NCBI RefSeq assembly: GCF_006345805.1
Contig: NW_021832784.1
Location: forward strand, 1 to 32,380
Origin: Octopus sinensis
Lineage: Eukaryota
Length of the DNA stretch: 32,380 bases
Direction of reading: 5' to 3'
Shown here: piece after piece, positions 1-11,740 of the stretch
How positions within the stretch are numbered: the stretch's first letter is position 1
How the letters are laid out: the number at the start of each line of letters is the position of its first letter
Notes under the pieces: generated by a model
Database searches by the model: none
Told to the model about the DNA's origin: nothing
What the model saw: only the letters and a program-made list of their open reading frames with translations
Translations under genes and position numbers: made by a program

Positions 1-750
1 GCGTAAAAAACCTCATAAGAGAAAAAAAAAAAAAAAAAAATTTCGAAAAAAATTATTTCTTATTGAACATATTAATTTATATATAGAGGGCATTATACAT
101 ACATAATATGTTCAATAAGAAATAATTTTTTTCGAAATTTTTTTTTTTTCTCTATGAGGTTTTTACGCTATCTACCTGACAATTTCTTTTAGTTTTCCTT
201 TTAAGTAGTTGTCCTTAATTGCTAAATTTTTATTCCGGAAAAACTTTTCCTCTCCCGAAATGCAATTCGTAAAAGTTTACCATTTACCCGGATGTAATAT
301 ATATAAACTCACCCATGTGCTTCGTTGATGTTGATCAGTTAGCTGATCGGCTTAAGCGAGGCAGGGTCGTTGTTTATTTATAATACATTCAGGCCTGCTG
401 ATGATTACGTAAGTATGAAATCACTGTGATACAGGCCTATATTTTTAAATGTCTTACTTTGAAAAATTGCATTCGGTGGGATTAGTAATATTTTTGTAGA
501 AATGACTGATTGTCCCTCTTAGCGTTTGGCATGTATATACAATGCCTCCTGGCATGTATGTATAATGCCCTCTATATAAATTAATATGTTCAATAAGAAA
601 TAATTTTTTTCGAAATTTTTTTTTCTCTTATGAGGTTTTTACGCTATCTACCTGACAATTTCTTGTTAAGTTTTCCTTATTAAGTAGTTGTCCTTAATTG
701 CTAAATATATATATATATAATATTATATATATAATATAATATTATATAAA
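1..750 (+). mobile_element. Non-autonomous Penelope-like/retrozyme-like unit with direct terminal repeat, inverted 5' arm and internal hammerhead
   Basis: 104-227 is directly repeated at 582-706 (offset 478). 1-104 is the reverse complement of 554-644. An HHR motif lies at 391-438, and the unit ends in (TA)n-rich sequence at 706-750. No ORF. Confidence 0.6.
391..438 (+). ncRNA. Type I hammerhead ribozyme motif (10.1-11.1 mismatch)
   Basis: Stem I AGGCCTG(391-397)/CAGGCCT(432-438); CTGATGA 398-404; stem II TAC-GTAA-GTA closed by a T.T mismatch; GAAA 417-420; near-palindromic stem III ATCAC-T-GTGAT; AUA cleavage triplet 429-431. Confidence 0.7.
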
Positions 751-844
751 CATTAAAGTCACCATATCAATGGCTAGCGTATATAAAATCACTGTGTCAG
801 TAAAATTAATTTGTAAGTATATATCTAAGTATATAATTGCAATT

Positions 845-1189
845 AATGTATCTGGAACGCCAGCGCAGGTGCGCTAAAAGTAGATGGGTTAGTAGACAGA
901 ATGCATACGCGGGAAATGTATGTATATATTGATACCCACGCATGGATTTATCGCATGTATATATATTCTTGGTTATATATTTATCGGTGTATTTCTTCCG
1001 AGGATTGCAAAGCAATTTCTGTTGCAGTGCATGAAATCTTAAGACATAGAATTATCCGAAATTATGTAAATTTTCTTGCCCATTACCGCGCATCCGGCCT
1101 AGGGTTATAAATAGAGAACTGATTTAGAGTGGATTGTAGGTATTTGACGTATACTTTTAGTGTAAAGGCGCTGGCATTCCAGAGCCATT
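845..1189. mobile_element. Old MITE-like element with ~32 bp imperfect terminal inverted repeats
   Basis: TCTGGAACGCCAGCGC..CTAAAAGTA (851-882) versus TACTTTTAG..GCGCTGGCATTCCAGA (1152-1183); outer AATG/CATT also pair. Confidence 0.55.
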
Positions 1190-1239
1190 TTTTATAATTA
1201 TATTCTATAATTATATACATACATATATATAAGTATATA

Positions 1240-1278
<39 letters not shown>

Positions 1279-1295
1279 AAAAAATATACATATGC

Positions 1296-1340
<45 letters not shown>

Positions 1341-1922
1341 TATATAACATGTATTTTGCAATTCACACTAATGTAGAATATGACATTTTATTCAGACAAT
1401 TAGATTATACTCAGTAATTCTTATGGATATACAAATTATCTCATCGATAAGTCAGTATGCACATAATTTACTTTTAAATTACAGTTCTGTCATTACATTA
1501 GCACTTAACTTACAATTTCATCTTACAAATATAATTTCATATCTCCCATATAATAGCATCTACTCTAGAATATCTCTCGCCGTACTTAATTATGACTAAA
1601 ACTATTTACTGGTTTTCTTCATCCAGACACCGTAGGTAACAATACAGACACAATTACAATAACAAGACCGAACCGACTTCAATCATTTCAAAACACTGAG
1701 TAATTATAATAACATAATTCCCAAATCACATTTCCCTTTTAATATATAATTTACACACCACAGTTATATATATATACATTTATATATATATATATAATAA
1801 TTGAGTAGTTGAATGAATTATCTTATTATGGATAATTCGGTTAACTCATTATCGCTATGGGCTCCGTGTGGGCAGGCATCTAAAGATTTTTGTGCATCTT
1901 GATGGTGACATAAGTTCCTAAC

Positions 1923-2005
1923 TTTTCCTGATGAGAAGGCGGCATAATGCACCCCTTATTACTTCGAAATTAGGAATATGCAGCCTTCGAAACATATGTC
2001 GAAAA
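1923..2005 (+). ncRNA. Intact type I hammerhead ribozyme (Penelope-like, palindromic stem III)
   Basis: Stem I TTTTC(1923-1927)/GAAAA(2001-2005); CTGATGA 1928-1934; stem II GAAGGC/GCCTTC with canonical G-C closing pair, plus GCATA/TATGC; GAAAC 1989-1993; palindromic ACATATGT; GUC triplet 1998-2000; AATAAA just downstream. Confidence 0.9.
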
Positions 2006-2047
2006 TAAAATAAAGGAATTTTGTTAATTCGTCGTTCAACTCCATTC

Positions 2048-2092
<45 letters not shown>

Positions 2093-2164
2093 TGTATTGA
2101 TGGATGTATATAAGACAAGTTATAAATAATAGTCATTACATATTTTTCTTTATTAAGGTAAATT

Positions 2165-2271
2165 TGGCTTACAGCTGTTTCTAGTTGTCATTAAAAGTAC
2201 TTTATTGATAGGCATACTCGATCGATCTATTGATCAGTTATGAAGAATTAATACTACTTTCATCAGAGCCA
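2165..2271 (-). ncRNA. Type I hammerhead ribozyme motif with long stem II
   Basis: Minus strand TGGCT-CTGATGA-A-AGTAGTATT...AATGACAACT-A-GAAAC-AGCT-GTA-AGCCA. Stem I 5 bp, palindromic ACAGCTGT, GUA triplet, A.A at 10.1-11.1; AATAAA downstream. Confidence 0.75.
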
Positions 2272-2620
2272 TTTTCAGTTATTATAAAGCAGAACGCTGA
2301 AGGAATAGGTGAATGCATGGGGAAGTGAAGGCAAAAGAGGGAATGTGTCAAGCAGAATGGAGTAAAGCCAGAAGACAGCTTAGAAAAGTGTGGAGAGAAA
2401 TTTTAAAAGGTAGAAGTAGGAGTCATTTTATAGAGGTAGGCTTAGAGTATGGCGAAGATTTGGGGAAAATGACAGTCATAAAACATTAATATTTGTAGTT
2501 AGGTCAACACATTTAGGTACAGCATTGTTTTTTGTTTAGATATTCTCCAAATGTGTTGAAATTTGATATGGGCCATTTATAAACATGGCCAACCTAAGTT
2601 TTTAACACTTGGTCATTGGT
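2272..2620 (-). mobile_element. Possible decayed Penelope-like 3' region upstream of the HHR
   Basis: Frame-broken peptides TFGEYL...CF... and FAIL*AYLYKMTP loosely resemble the PLE GIY-YIG C-terminus. It sits on the same strand as, and directly upstream of, the 2165-2271 HHR. Weak. Confidence 0.3.
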
Positions 2621-3199
2621 GATCTCAAGCACAGTAGGGGAATTGTATTAGAATATTAAAATATCAGTAGTAATCGTCTGCTTAATCGTAACGTCTACCT
2701 TAACGTAACCAACTCGACACTAACCGAGTTAGTCATATAACGAGTGTCTCTTCACAGTTGCTCAAACACAACCACATATCACACAAGATCCGGGCTCTTT
2801 GACAGGTCAACTCAGCCAACGGCTCAGGGCTCAACACGAATTTTATACTATTCTTCACTGGCAACAAATAACATCACGTCCGAAGATGTCCAGCAGCCAT
2901 TCGGTTTGAAACAAAACGTCCAGGGTTCAGAGAATATGAAGCTAATCCTTACACCTAAATAGGAATCTACATGAATAGTTTCCTTGTTTTTTCAAGTCAA
3001 ATGTCGATTGTGTCTTGAGACAACGTTCCTCTTAAATATTCAAAGAGGAAATCTCACTAATTTACATGAAAGAAACACCTCTAGGTCAATGTTGGATTTT
3101 TTTTGTTACTTTTATGATTCTAAATTTTATCATCCATTAAAGGACAGGGATAAATACAAAACACACACATAGACACACTTAAATGCATACACATACACA

Positions 3200-3293
<94 letters not shown>

Positions 3294-3372
3294 CATATTC
3301 ATGTATCTAATGCCTTGTGTATAAAAGATTCGTATGCCACGGGCATCTTTCGTATTTTTTATATCATAGGAT

Positions 3373-3619
3373 CACCAAGCATAGATTGGCATATTTTGGT
3401 CATATTATGCGGAGAAAATCCCTGGAGAAGGACATCATGCTCGGAATGGTCAGTGGCAAGAGAGGAAGAGGCCGACCAAGAACCCGCTGGCTAGACACCA
3501 TCAAGAGTGATACCGGAATGGACATAGCCAATCTGAAAGAAGCGGCCCAGGATAGAACTGACTGGAGGACACTGATCCATCGAGTAACCGAGAGTCGACT
3601 CCACAGAGCGGATAGATAG
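3373..3619 (+). mobile_element. 5'-truncated RTE-clade (BovB-like) LINE 3' end
   Basis: Reads RITKHRLAYFGHIMRRKSLEKDIMLGMVSGKRGRGRPRTRWLDTIK...AAQDRTDWRTLIHRVTESR, a typical RTE/BovB RT C-terminus. Short (GATA)n tail; 12-bp TSD ATATC(A/G)TAGGAT at 3361-3372 and 3620-3631. Confidence 0.9.
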
Positions 3620-3787
3620 ATATCGTAGGATTTTTAAAATCCAATATGCTATTGTTTAGAGCTTTCTATACTTCGAGTACCACCGTGAAAAATAAGTTAT
3701 TTTTGTTTATCAATAGTAAGAATGTAATTTTATATAATTTTAGCCTGACCCATTCTTACAATATTCCTCATTATCACTTAAGAGTAA

Positions 3788-3818
<31 letters not shown>

Positions 3819-3920
3819 TGTATGTATGTATGTATGCATGTATGTATGTATAAGTCATGTTCATACATATTTATATATGTAAATATATATACATATATAT
3901 ACCTATATTCCTGTTTGTAG

Positions 3921-3954
<34 letters not shown>

Positions 3955-4538
3955 GTATATAAAGATGTGTGTGCATATGCAATTACACTTACATTCACGC
4001 AGGAGCACCGCCATACTCAAACGCACACAGACATATGCACACACATAACCACACATGTATATATGTGTGGGTGGATAGCTTGGCATGTATATGTTTGTGC
4101 ATATTTTCGTTACATCGTGTTCTCTAATTAAATTCCTCAACGCTTTATTGAATTATTTCCCACCAATTTCTCATTCAATTTCGTTGAATTCCTTGGTTTG
4201 TCTTTGAATTCGCTTAAACACTTTCAATTACAATGAGACACATTAACATTTACTAGATCTTTATCAAATTTATATATATATATTTACAAGAAAAGCAGTT
4301 CTTACTTATAGAATTTACGAGAAACAATTGTTTTTACGTATAGAATATTAAAAATTCATACTCCATCATCTTAAACTCCCCTTTCATGTAATAAGATTTC
4401 AGGAAAGCAACTTGTCCATAAATCTATCTCCCGTTTCCATAGTCCTCGACAGCTGTTTAAAAGGCCTGATCCATACATTCCTACTCTATGTGTAGAAACG
4501 CACAGAGATACACACACACACACACACATACATACACA

Positions 4539-4576
<38 letters not shown>

Positions 4577-4578
<2 letters not shown>

Positions 4579-4690
4579 AAAAATCTACTCACAAGGCTTT
4601 GGTTGGACCGAGGCTACGGTAGAACACTCTTGCCTAAAGTGGCACGCAGGAGGACTGAACTGAGAACTACGTGTTCCTTTCTGTTGAAGA
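4577..4690 (-). mobile_element. tRNA-derived SINE family A, decayed 5' fragment
   Basis: Reverse-complement similarity to the head of 10991-11438 and 31131-31680. Confidence 0.6.
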
Positions 4691-4802
4691 GCGTAGGCTC
4701 GAAACGTAAAAGATCTTCTCACTTCACGAGCGTTAAACTAATACACTTCTTTGTAGTTTACACACGTGTCTTCGTCTTTTGTTTTTTTCTTTTGCAAATT
4801 CC

Positions 4803-4833
<31 letters not shown>

Positions 4834-5195
4834 TAGATATATAAGTGTGTAAACCTGTTTTGCGTAGAGTAACCACAATTTTGGAAGTTTGTACAAGCGG
4901 AAATCTGTGTTTTTAATATATCATGGGAAGGCATTTTTCGTACGTTTTGCTTTTATCTAATATACGATTGTCCTTTTCTCTTTTAAAATAATATCTACAT
5001 TTTTTTTATAAATGAAAATATTACTTTCTAAGAATGTATACATGCCCTATCAAACGGACGTGAGAGACTTCAAGTAAACAAATAAGTCCTTTGTCTTGAA
5101 AATAATATAAAGCAATACATGTTCAGGAAATTAATCCACATGATTCGTCCACAAAAGAGACTAAAATTTTCAGACGTTTCCTACAGCCTAATTTG

Positions 5196-5350
5196 GTACA
5201 CCGTCGGTTACAACGACAAATGCTCTAGTTGATCCGATCAACCGAACTGCCTTCTCATGTAATTAACGCGCAAGTGTTTGAAAACTCCATAGACACACAA
5301 ATACTTAACGTAGTCCTCAGAGAGACTCAGCGTGACAGTGCTGGACCTTT
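5196..5350 (-). mobile_element. SINE family B, decayed 3' fragment
   Basis: Reverse complement aligns to 29430-29600 (e.g. CGTCGTAACCGAC, GGATCAAC, CACGCTGA). Confidence 0.7.
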
Positions 5351-5531
5351 GTCATAGAATATGTTAATGCTGGCCCTTTGACTTCAATATTAAACCTTAT
5401 AAGACTCAATATAAGTAGAAACTAACCGGTCTAGACCAGCTTACATGGATATACTGAAAACAGTTTAATTCTTAACGTTGAGTCGGTCGGAAATTCCGAT
5501 AATGTGCCTCACTTCTGAGTATAAGGCGAAG

Positions 5532-5594
<63 letters not shown>

Positions 5595-5662
5595 CTCTCT
5601 CTCTATATATATATATATATACACGTAGATATGTATGTGTGCATATGTGCATATATATATGA

Positions 5663-5701
<39 letters not shown>

Positions 5702-5795
5702 ATATGAATGTATGTATAGATATATATATGAGTATATATATATATACATACATATATTAATATGTATATATATATATATTATATATATTTGTGTG

Positions 5796-5826
<31 letters not shown>

Positions 5827-6464
5827 ACATATATTTACACCCACATACATACCCACCCATACACACGCTCAAAAATATCTATTGATTATTTTCTTTTAAA
5901 CCATTCTGCGTGTAAATAACATTTGTATATTTAAACTGTAAAATGACCTTAGACGACGTAGGAACATGACATTTTCCATTTGTACCGATTCTAAAAATCT
6001 ATAGAATTTACACATCCGCTGATGTCTGTCATTGATTAAGAAAGTTAAACCAATTTGCTTTAGATTAATCCTTTCTTTTACCAATGTGTGAGTATGTGTC
6101 AGTGTTTGATAGTATTTGCGTGCTTGTGTGGTGTGCGTGTGTTTCTGACCGATTGATAATCGTTCGTTATGTTTGCGTAACAAGTTAGAATTTACATTCA
6201 TATTCCATTAACAACAAGAAATGTGCTGAGTATTTTGCGATATATTACAGTATTTCTGTTTAAATATAACTGTTTTTCAGCGTACGTATGTATGTAAGTA
6301 TACGTATATGCATATCAATATCTGTCTATCGCAAATGTTTGAGCGACGTATTCGACTTCCCCCTCCCTAAAATACACACAGACGTACACACATATACGTA
6401 TACACCAAACATATATATTTTATGTATATCTCTCTTTGCATACACATGCACACACACATACGTC

Positions 6465-6518
<54 letters not shown>

Positions 6519-6519
6519 C

Positions 6520-6655
6520 TGGTTTCAATTTGGGCACAAGACCAGTAATTCAAAGAAGAGGTTAAGTCGATTGCACCGTCCCCAGTTTACAACAGGTAAT
6601 TATTTTATCGACCTCGATATAGATGCAAGACAGAACAAACTTCAGCGGAATTTAA
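6520..6655 (-). mobile_element. SINE family C, decayed copy
   Basis: Shares AAGTCGATT..CCCAG..TTTATCGACC..GCGGAATTT with 28742-28968 and 30834-31044. A short plus-strand 3' fragment at 6341-6372 faces it. Confidence 0.55.
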
Positions 6656-6954
6656 TATATGTATATTTAACGTTTGAATAATATATATAAATGTGTGCGT
6701 GTCGTAACTATTATGTAGAAGTGTCGTAAATCCTAAGCGTTACTTTTTCAGAAAATGGAAAATTAGTCTTATCCTTTCACAGCAAAACCGTTGTACTACA
6801 CTCTGACCATTTTTGATATTTTGATGTCTGAAGCAGCGGGATATACGATAGTTTAACGAAAAGAACTGGGCTATTGCAAGTAAAAACACATGTTGAAGAA
6901 AACGCTTTTGACCAAATTTGGACGTACGAAAGTTTAACATAGTAGCAATAGCAA

Positions 6955-6998
<44 letters not shown>

Positions 6999-7043
6999 TA
7001 TACATCATTTATCATTTATGCTTATAAAAAAAAGACAATATGT

Positions 7044-7174
7044 CATCTGACAGCTGTTTCTGTTGGCGCTATTTAGGGCATTATCAAGCTTAATTATTAC
7101 AATAATTATGACAATAATCATTGTAAATAATTGATTATACCGACTTAAATAGTGAAACTTCATTCATCAGAATG
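7044..7174 (-). ncRNA. Type I hammerhead motif with long stem II, disrupted by a 4-nt duplication
   Basis: Minus strand CATT-CTGATGA-[ATGA duplication]-A-GTTTCACTATTTA...TAAATAGCGCCAAC-A-GAAAC-AGCT-GTC-AGATG. Extended hairpin in stem II; GUC triplet. Confidence 0.65.
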
Positions 7175-8780
7175 GAAAAGTAAAGAAAAAGAACAGAACA
7201 AGATAAGTAAGGATATGCAAATTGATGTTACGTGCTACCCCTCTGGAAACGTTTCGACCGGCTTAAAAATTTATCAATAGAATTAGAATAGTTATAATAA
7301 TTGTGGTACATTCCTATCTACCGTGGAAAGCTACAGCCAGCGTCTGTTAAATATATGACTTTAGGTTAAACGCTGAATATTTGTAGTAAGGGGCAATAAA
7401 GTTACTGCTGTCCATGCAGATTAGATCTGTATAATATATAGTAGGAAACAGTTGTAAAGAATGGTGATTAAGGGGAGGCAATTATTGATTTTACGAGTAA
7501 TACCAAGCTTATGTATCTATTTCTCAGGCGCTTAAGTAAGTTTAACTTGTATTATTTATGTATCATATTAAGTTATGTAATATGTATATATAGAAACAGA
7601 TAAACCAGTCTCCCCCTCTGGTCCAATAACTCACGTTTAGCAGTTTCCCCAACAAAATTAAATACTTTGCTTACATAACAACCAAATACACTCTTATGTA
7701 GGTACTTTCTTGTTTTTCTTTCTATAATATATACGTATCTATACATTTGTGTGTGTATGTATCTGTATCTAAATGGATATTTGTGTATATGTAAATACAT
7801 CAATGTATGTATGTATGTATATATGTACATTTACAAGTACCCATATATGTGAGAATAGGTGCGGCATTAAATACATGCATATGCACATATATATTCAACA
7901 TTTTTCTATGTTCCCCCTTGTTCCATTTGACCACCCCTCTTTTATGTTATCCGAAATGCTATATAACCCACTTTATTTATTATCATTCCCATAAAAAATA
8001 TATTATATAATAGTATACATACATATATATATATATATATAACTAAGATAGATAGGTAGGTGTTCCTTCTGTAGCTACACATGCATAGATATGGATATAG
8101 CCCGCCCATCAATACGAATTACATAACTTAGTATAATACATAAATAATACTGGTTAGACTTTCTTAACTACCTAAGCTTAAATATTCCTTGTAAAAATCA
8201 ATAATTGGCTCCCCTTAGCCACCATTCTTCCCAACCATTTCCTATTATATTTTATATAGTTCTAATCCGCAAGGATGGAAGCGACCTATTGCCCTTACAA
8301 CAAATATTCATTGTTTAACCATTTCCGCTCCATCGATTACCGGTTCGTATTTATAATAACCATCCTTTTGCTTTTGAAATTGACTGACAAATAGTCTCCT
8401 TTTACTGGCCAGACCATTCCTGCTCCAGAATTGGGGATGTTCAGGTATGTCTCCCACCTGTAATGCTAAGTAGACATACATAGGAAATTACAGATAAATA
8501 AATAATGGTTAACTGTTAAATTTTTTAAAGTTCTGTAACTACGGGTATTTTCCATTTTTATTTCTTACCTAACTAAAATACTCCTACAGTTAGCACACAC
8601 GCCGAGAGTAACTTTCTCCTCCATAGATAGGAATATATCACTAAGTGTCATAACTATTCTTATTCTATTGATAAACTTTTAAGTCGGTCGAAAGTTTTCC
8701 AGAGGATGGCATGTAACACCAATTGGTTTATCCTTACTTTCTCTTTTTCTCTTTCTTATTCTTTTCTTTTTCTTTACTTT
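7175..8780. repeat. Two diverged copies of one element in inverted orientation
   Basis: Reverse complement of ~7190-7330 matches ~8625-8780, and of ~7380-7540 matches ~8160-8320. The second copy has ~290 extra bp at 8330-8620. Confidence 0.7.
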
Positions 8781-8786
8781 TATGCC

Positions 8787-8914
8787 CGCACGGACCCGGG
8801 TTTCTGGGTATCTACCCGTCGTCAGCGCACTTGCACTGGGACCCCTTCACATCGAAAACCAGTGATTGTCGTGTACTGACGACGGGTAAATACCCAGATA
8901 CCCGGGTTCGTGCG
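8787..8914. repeat. GC-rich palindrome of two inverted hammerhead cassettes
   Basis: 44-bp arms 8787-8830 and 8871-8914 (5 mismatches), 40-nt spacer. Minus arm GTGCG-CTGACGA-C-GGGT-AGAT-ACCC-A-GAAAC-CCGG-GTC-CGTGC; plus arm has GATAC instead of GAAAC. Confidence 0.85.
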
Positions 8915-9325
8915 TATCACGTCAGGTCGACGATGGGAAGGATGGCCTCCATTTGCAAATACTGATAGGGCACAGAAAGTGTGTCAATAGCCAGCTGCAG
9001 AAGATGTTTTCCTGAGGCTACAAGCTGCAGTAGCATCCACGCTTAGCGGTTAGCCACATTTAGGTGGCAAATATACTTCACAATATTATTACAGTTTTCT
9101 CTTAAATATGTATTCATTGTATGCTTAATATGTATAATTAAAGCTATTTTCATTGAAAAGCTCTTAGAGTGGTTCACCAAAAATACTGAGAATCGGAAAT
9201 AAAAGAAAGGACGTTGCCATTGAGTACAAACCAGGTGGGAAAATATTTATCAAAACCGATTCACAGAAAAGGAGAAATCCTAAATTTCACTGCCTAACAT
9301 GGTTGTGGGTATATATGTATATGTA

Positions 9326-9497
9326 TATTCTTTTATTATTTTACATGTTTCTGTAGTTGACTGTGGCCATGCTGGAGTTCCACTTTTAGTCGAACGAATC
9401 GACCCCAGGATTTATTCTTTCTAAGCCTAGTATTTATTTTCATTTGCCGAACCGGTAAGTTATGGGGGCATAAACACACCAGCATCGACTGTCAAGC

Positions 9498-9562
<65 letters not shown>

Positions 9563-10117
9563 TATGGGAAAGATTGTTAATTTAAATCAAATAACGATCT
9601 TATCAAGTGGCCAGCATGGACATAAAAACCTTCAAAGGTCATTATTATTATTATTCAAATAAAATCTTAGGGTATCTACGAGATACTGTCATGCTGAAAA
9701 TAGCAGCTAGGATCTGACTCTAAGACCACATTAATTGTTCATATAGCATAAGGAGAGATGACAAAAAGACAAAATAAAACTAGTAAAACCAGTAATTTAT
9801 TAGTAGCTTTATTTTGTCTTTTTGCCTTCTCTTCTTATGCTATATGAACAATTAATGTGCTCTTAGAGTTAGATCATGGGTGCTATTTTCAGCATGGCGG
9901 TATCTCGTAGATACCCTAAGTTATAATTTTATATATATATATATGTATATATATATACGAAGGGTTTCTTTCAGTTTCCGTCTACCAAATCTACTTACAA
10001 GGCTTTGTTCGACCGGAGGCTATAGTAGAAGACGCTCAATGTGTCACGCAGTGGAACTGAACCCGGAACGACGTTGGTGGAAAGCAAGCTTCTTACCACA
10101 CAGTCATTCCTGCGCCT
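9326..10117 (-). mobile_element. Full-length SINE family A with an insertion in its internal (TA)n
   Basis: 3' half at 9326-9502 and tRNA-like head at 9955-10117 match 10991-11438 in reverse complement. Confidence 0.85.
9666..9920. mobile_element. MITE-like foldback (~120-bp arms) nested in a SINE
   Basis: CTTAGGGTATCTACGAGATAC... versus ...GTATCTCGTAGATACCCTAAG; arms pair almost throughout, with a ~11-nt loop near 9788-9798. Confidence 0.85.
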
Positions 10118-10248
10118 TACACGGCCACTCCTGCTGAATATGTATATCCATATCCATCTATCGATCTATCTATCTACCTATCTATCCCTCAAGCTACCTG
10201 TCTCTATACATACATCCATACATACATGCAGACATATCTATCTATCTG

Positions 10249-10301
<53 letters not shown>

Positions 10302-10351
10302 TTATCTATCTATCTATCTTCTATCTATCTCTCTCTCTCTCTCTCCCTCTC

Positions 10352-10402
<51 letters not shown>

Positions 10403-10990
10403 CCGATAGATGAATGGAGGATAAAGATAAGATTACCATCTATTGGATAGTTTATTTGCCAGAAATAAGAATTTGTTAGCAACAGAGCTATTTTTAGATT
10501 CTCAGCGTTCGATTGGAAAGTTCTTGCAAATGTTCATCGTAGCCTTAGTGAGAATCTACATATATGTGAGATTCTGTAAACTTAGTGTGTGAATGTATGT
10601 ATAGTTATAAATTTTTCCTGTGTTGTATCTGTAAGGCCATGTGTGAAAGCGTATGTGTCTGTGACGGGGGGGGTGGCAGAGAGTGCGCATGTGAGTGTTT
10701 GTGTTTATTGTGCCATAAATCAGAAGATTTCTATAAAAATTCTTAATTGCTTATTAATGAAGTTAGCCTTTTGTTTATTGTTATTAGTTTTGTTGTTGCT
10801 GCTGCCTCTGTCTGTTATTTTAGATCATTCTTAACCGCTCCCCTGCAGGGCCAGTCCTGTTCAACTTGCCTTCTGTTCAATGCTAATATATACGTCTGTG
10901 TGTGCGTATATCTGTCTTTATAAGTATACATACATACAGATACACACGCACACACACATACATATATATACGCGCAGGTCTGGCTTTATA

Positions 10991-11152
10991 GGCACGGACT
11001 GGCTGTGTAGTAAGTAGCTTGCTAACCAACCATATGCTTCCGGGTTCTGTCCTACTGCGTGACACCTCGCAAAAGTGTCTGCTACTACAGCCTCGGGCCG
11101 AGCAAAGCATTGTGTGTGGATTTAGTAGGCGGAAACTGGAAGAAGCCCGTCG

Positions 11153-11185
<33 letters not shown>

Positions 11186-11438
11186 ATATATATATAATAT
11201 ATAATATATATATATGAATGTGTATGTATATGTTTGTGTGTCTGTGTTTGTCTCCCCAACATCGCTTGACAACCGATTCTGGTATGTTTACGTCTCCGTA
11301 ACCTAGCGGTTCTGCAAAGAGACCGATAGAATAAGTACTAAGCTTACAAGGAATACGTCCTGGGGTCGACTTGCTCGACTAAACGCGGTGCTCCAGCATG
11401 GCTGCAGTCAAACGACTGAAACCAATAAAAGAATAAAA
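10991..11438 (+). mobile_element. Full-length tRNA-derived SINE family A with internal microsatellite
   Basis: A-box-like TGGCTGTGTAG and B-box-like GGGTTCTGTCC, internal (TA)n/(TG)n, 3' end GGTGCTCCAGCATGGCTGCAGTCAAACGACTGAAAC and A-rich tail; several homologues in the window. Confidence 0.9.
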
Positions 11439-11445
11439 CAATAAG

Positions 11446-11489
<44 letters not shown>

Positions 11490-11579
11490 TATATATATAT
11501 GTAAGAGACCAAAGTGTATATCCTTTGCTATATGTTTATAAAAAGAATACAAAAAATGGGGCAAGAACGCCCCATATAT

Positions 11580-11740
11580 ATACATGAGTGTGTGTGTCTG
11601 GGTGCTACTCACGTACCTTCACTTGACAACCGGTTTTCACTCATTTACGTCCTTGTAAAATAGTCGGTCGCTTTAAGAGATCGATTTAACAAGTAGACGT
11701 CTTTCAAATGTGATAAATTCTGGGGTCGGTTCTTTAGAAT
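11580..11740 (+). mobile_element. SINE family A, decayed 3' half
   Basis: CTTGACAACCG..TTTACGTC..TCTGGGGTCG match the family 3' half. Confidence 0.5.

Noticed and set aside
6697-6957. Possible old MITE with ~33-bp TIR
   Set aside because: Arms are only about two-thirds identical in AT-rich sequence; too weak to call.
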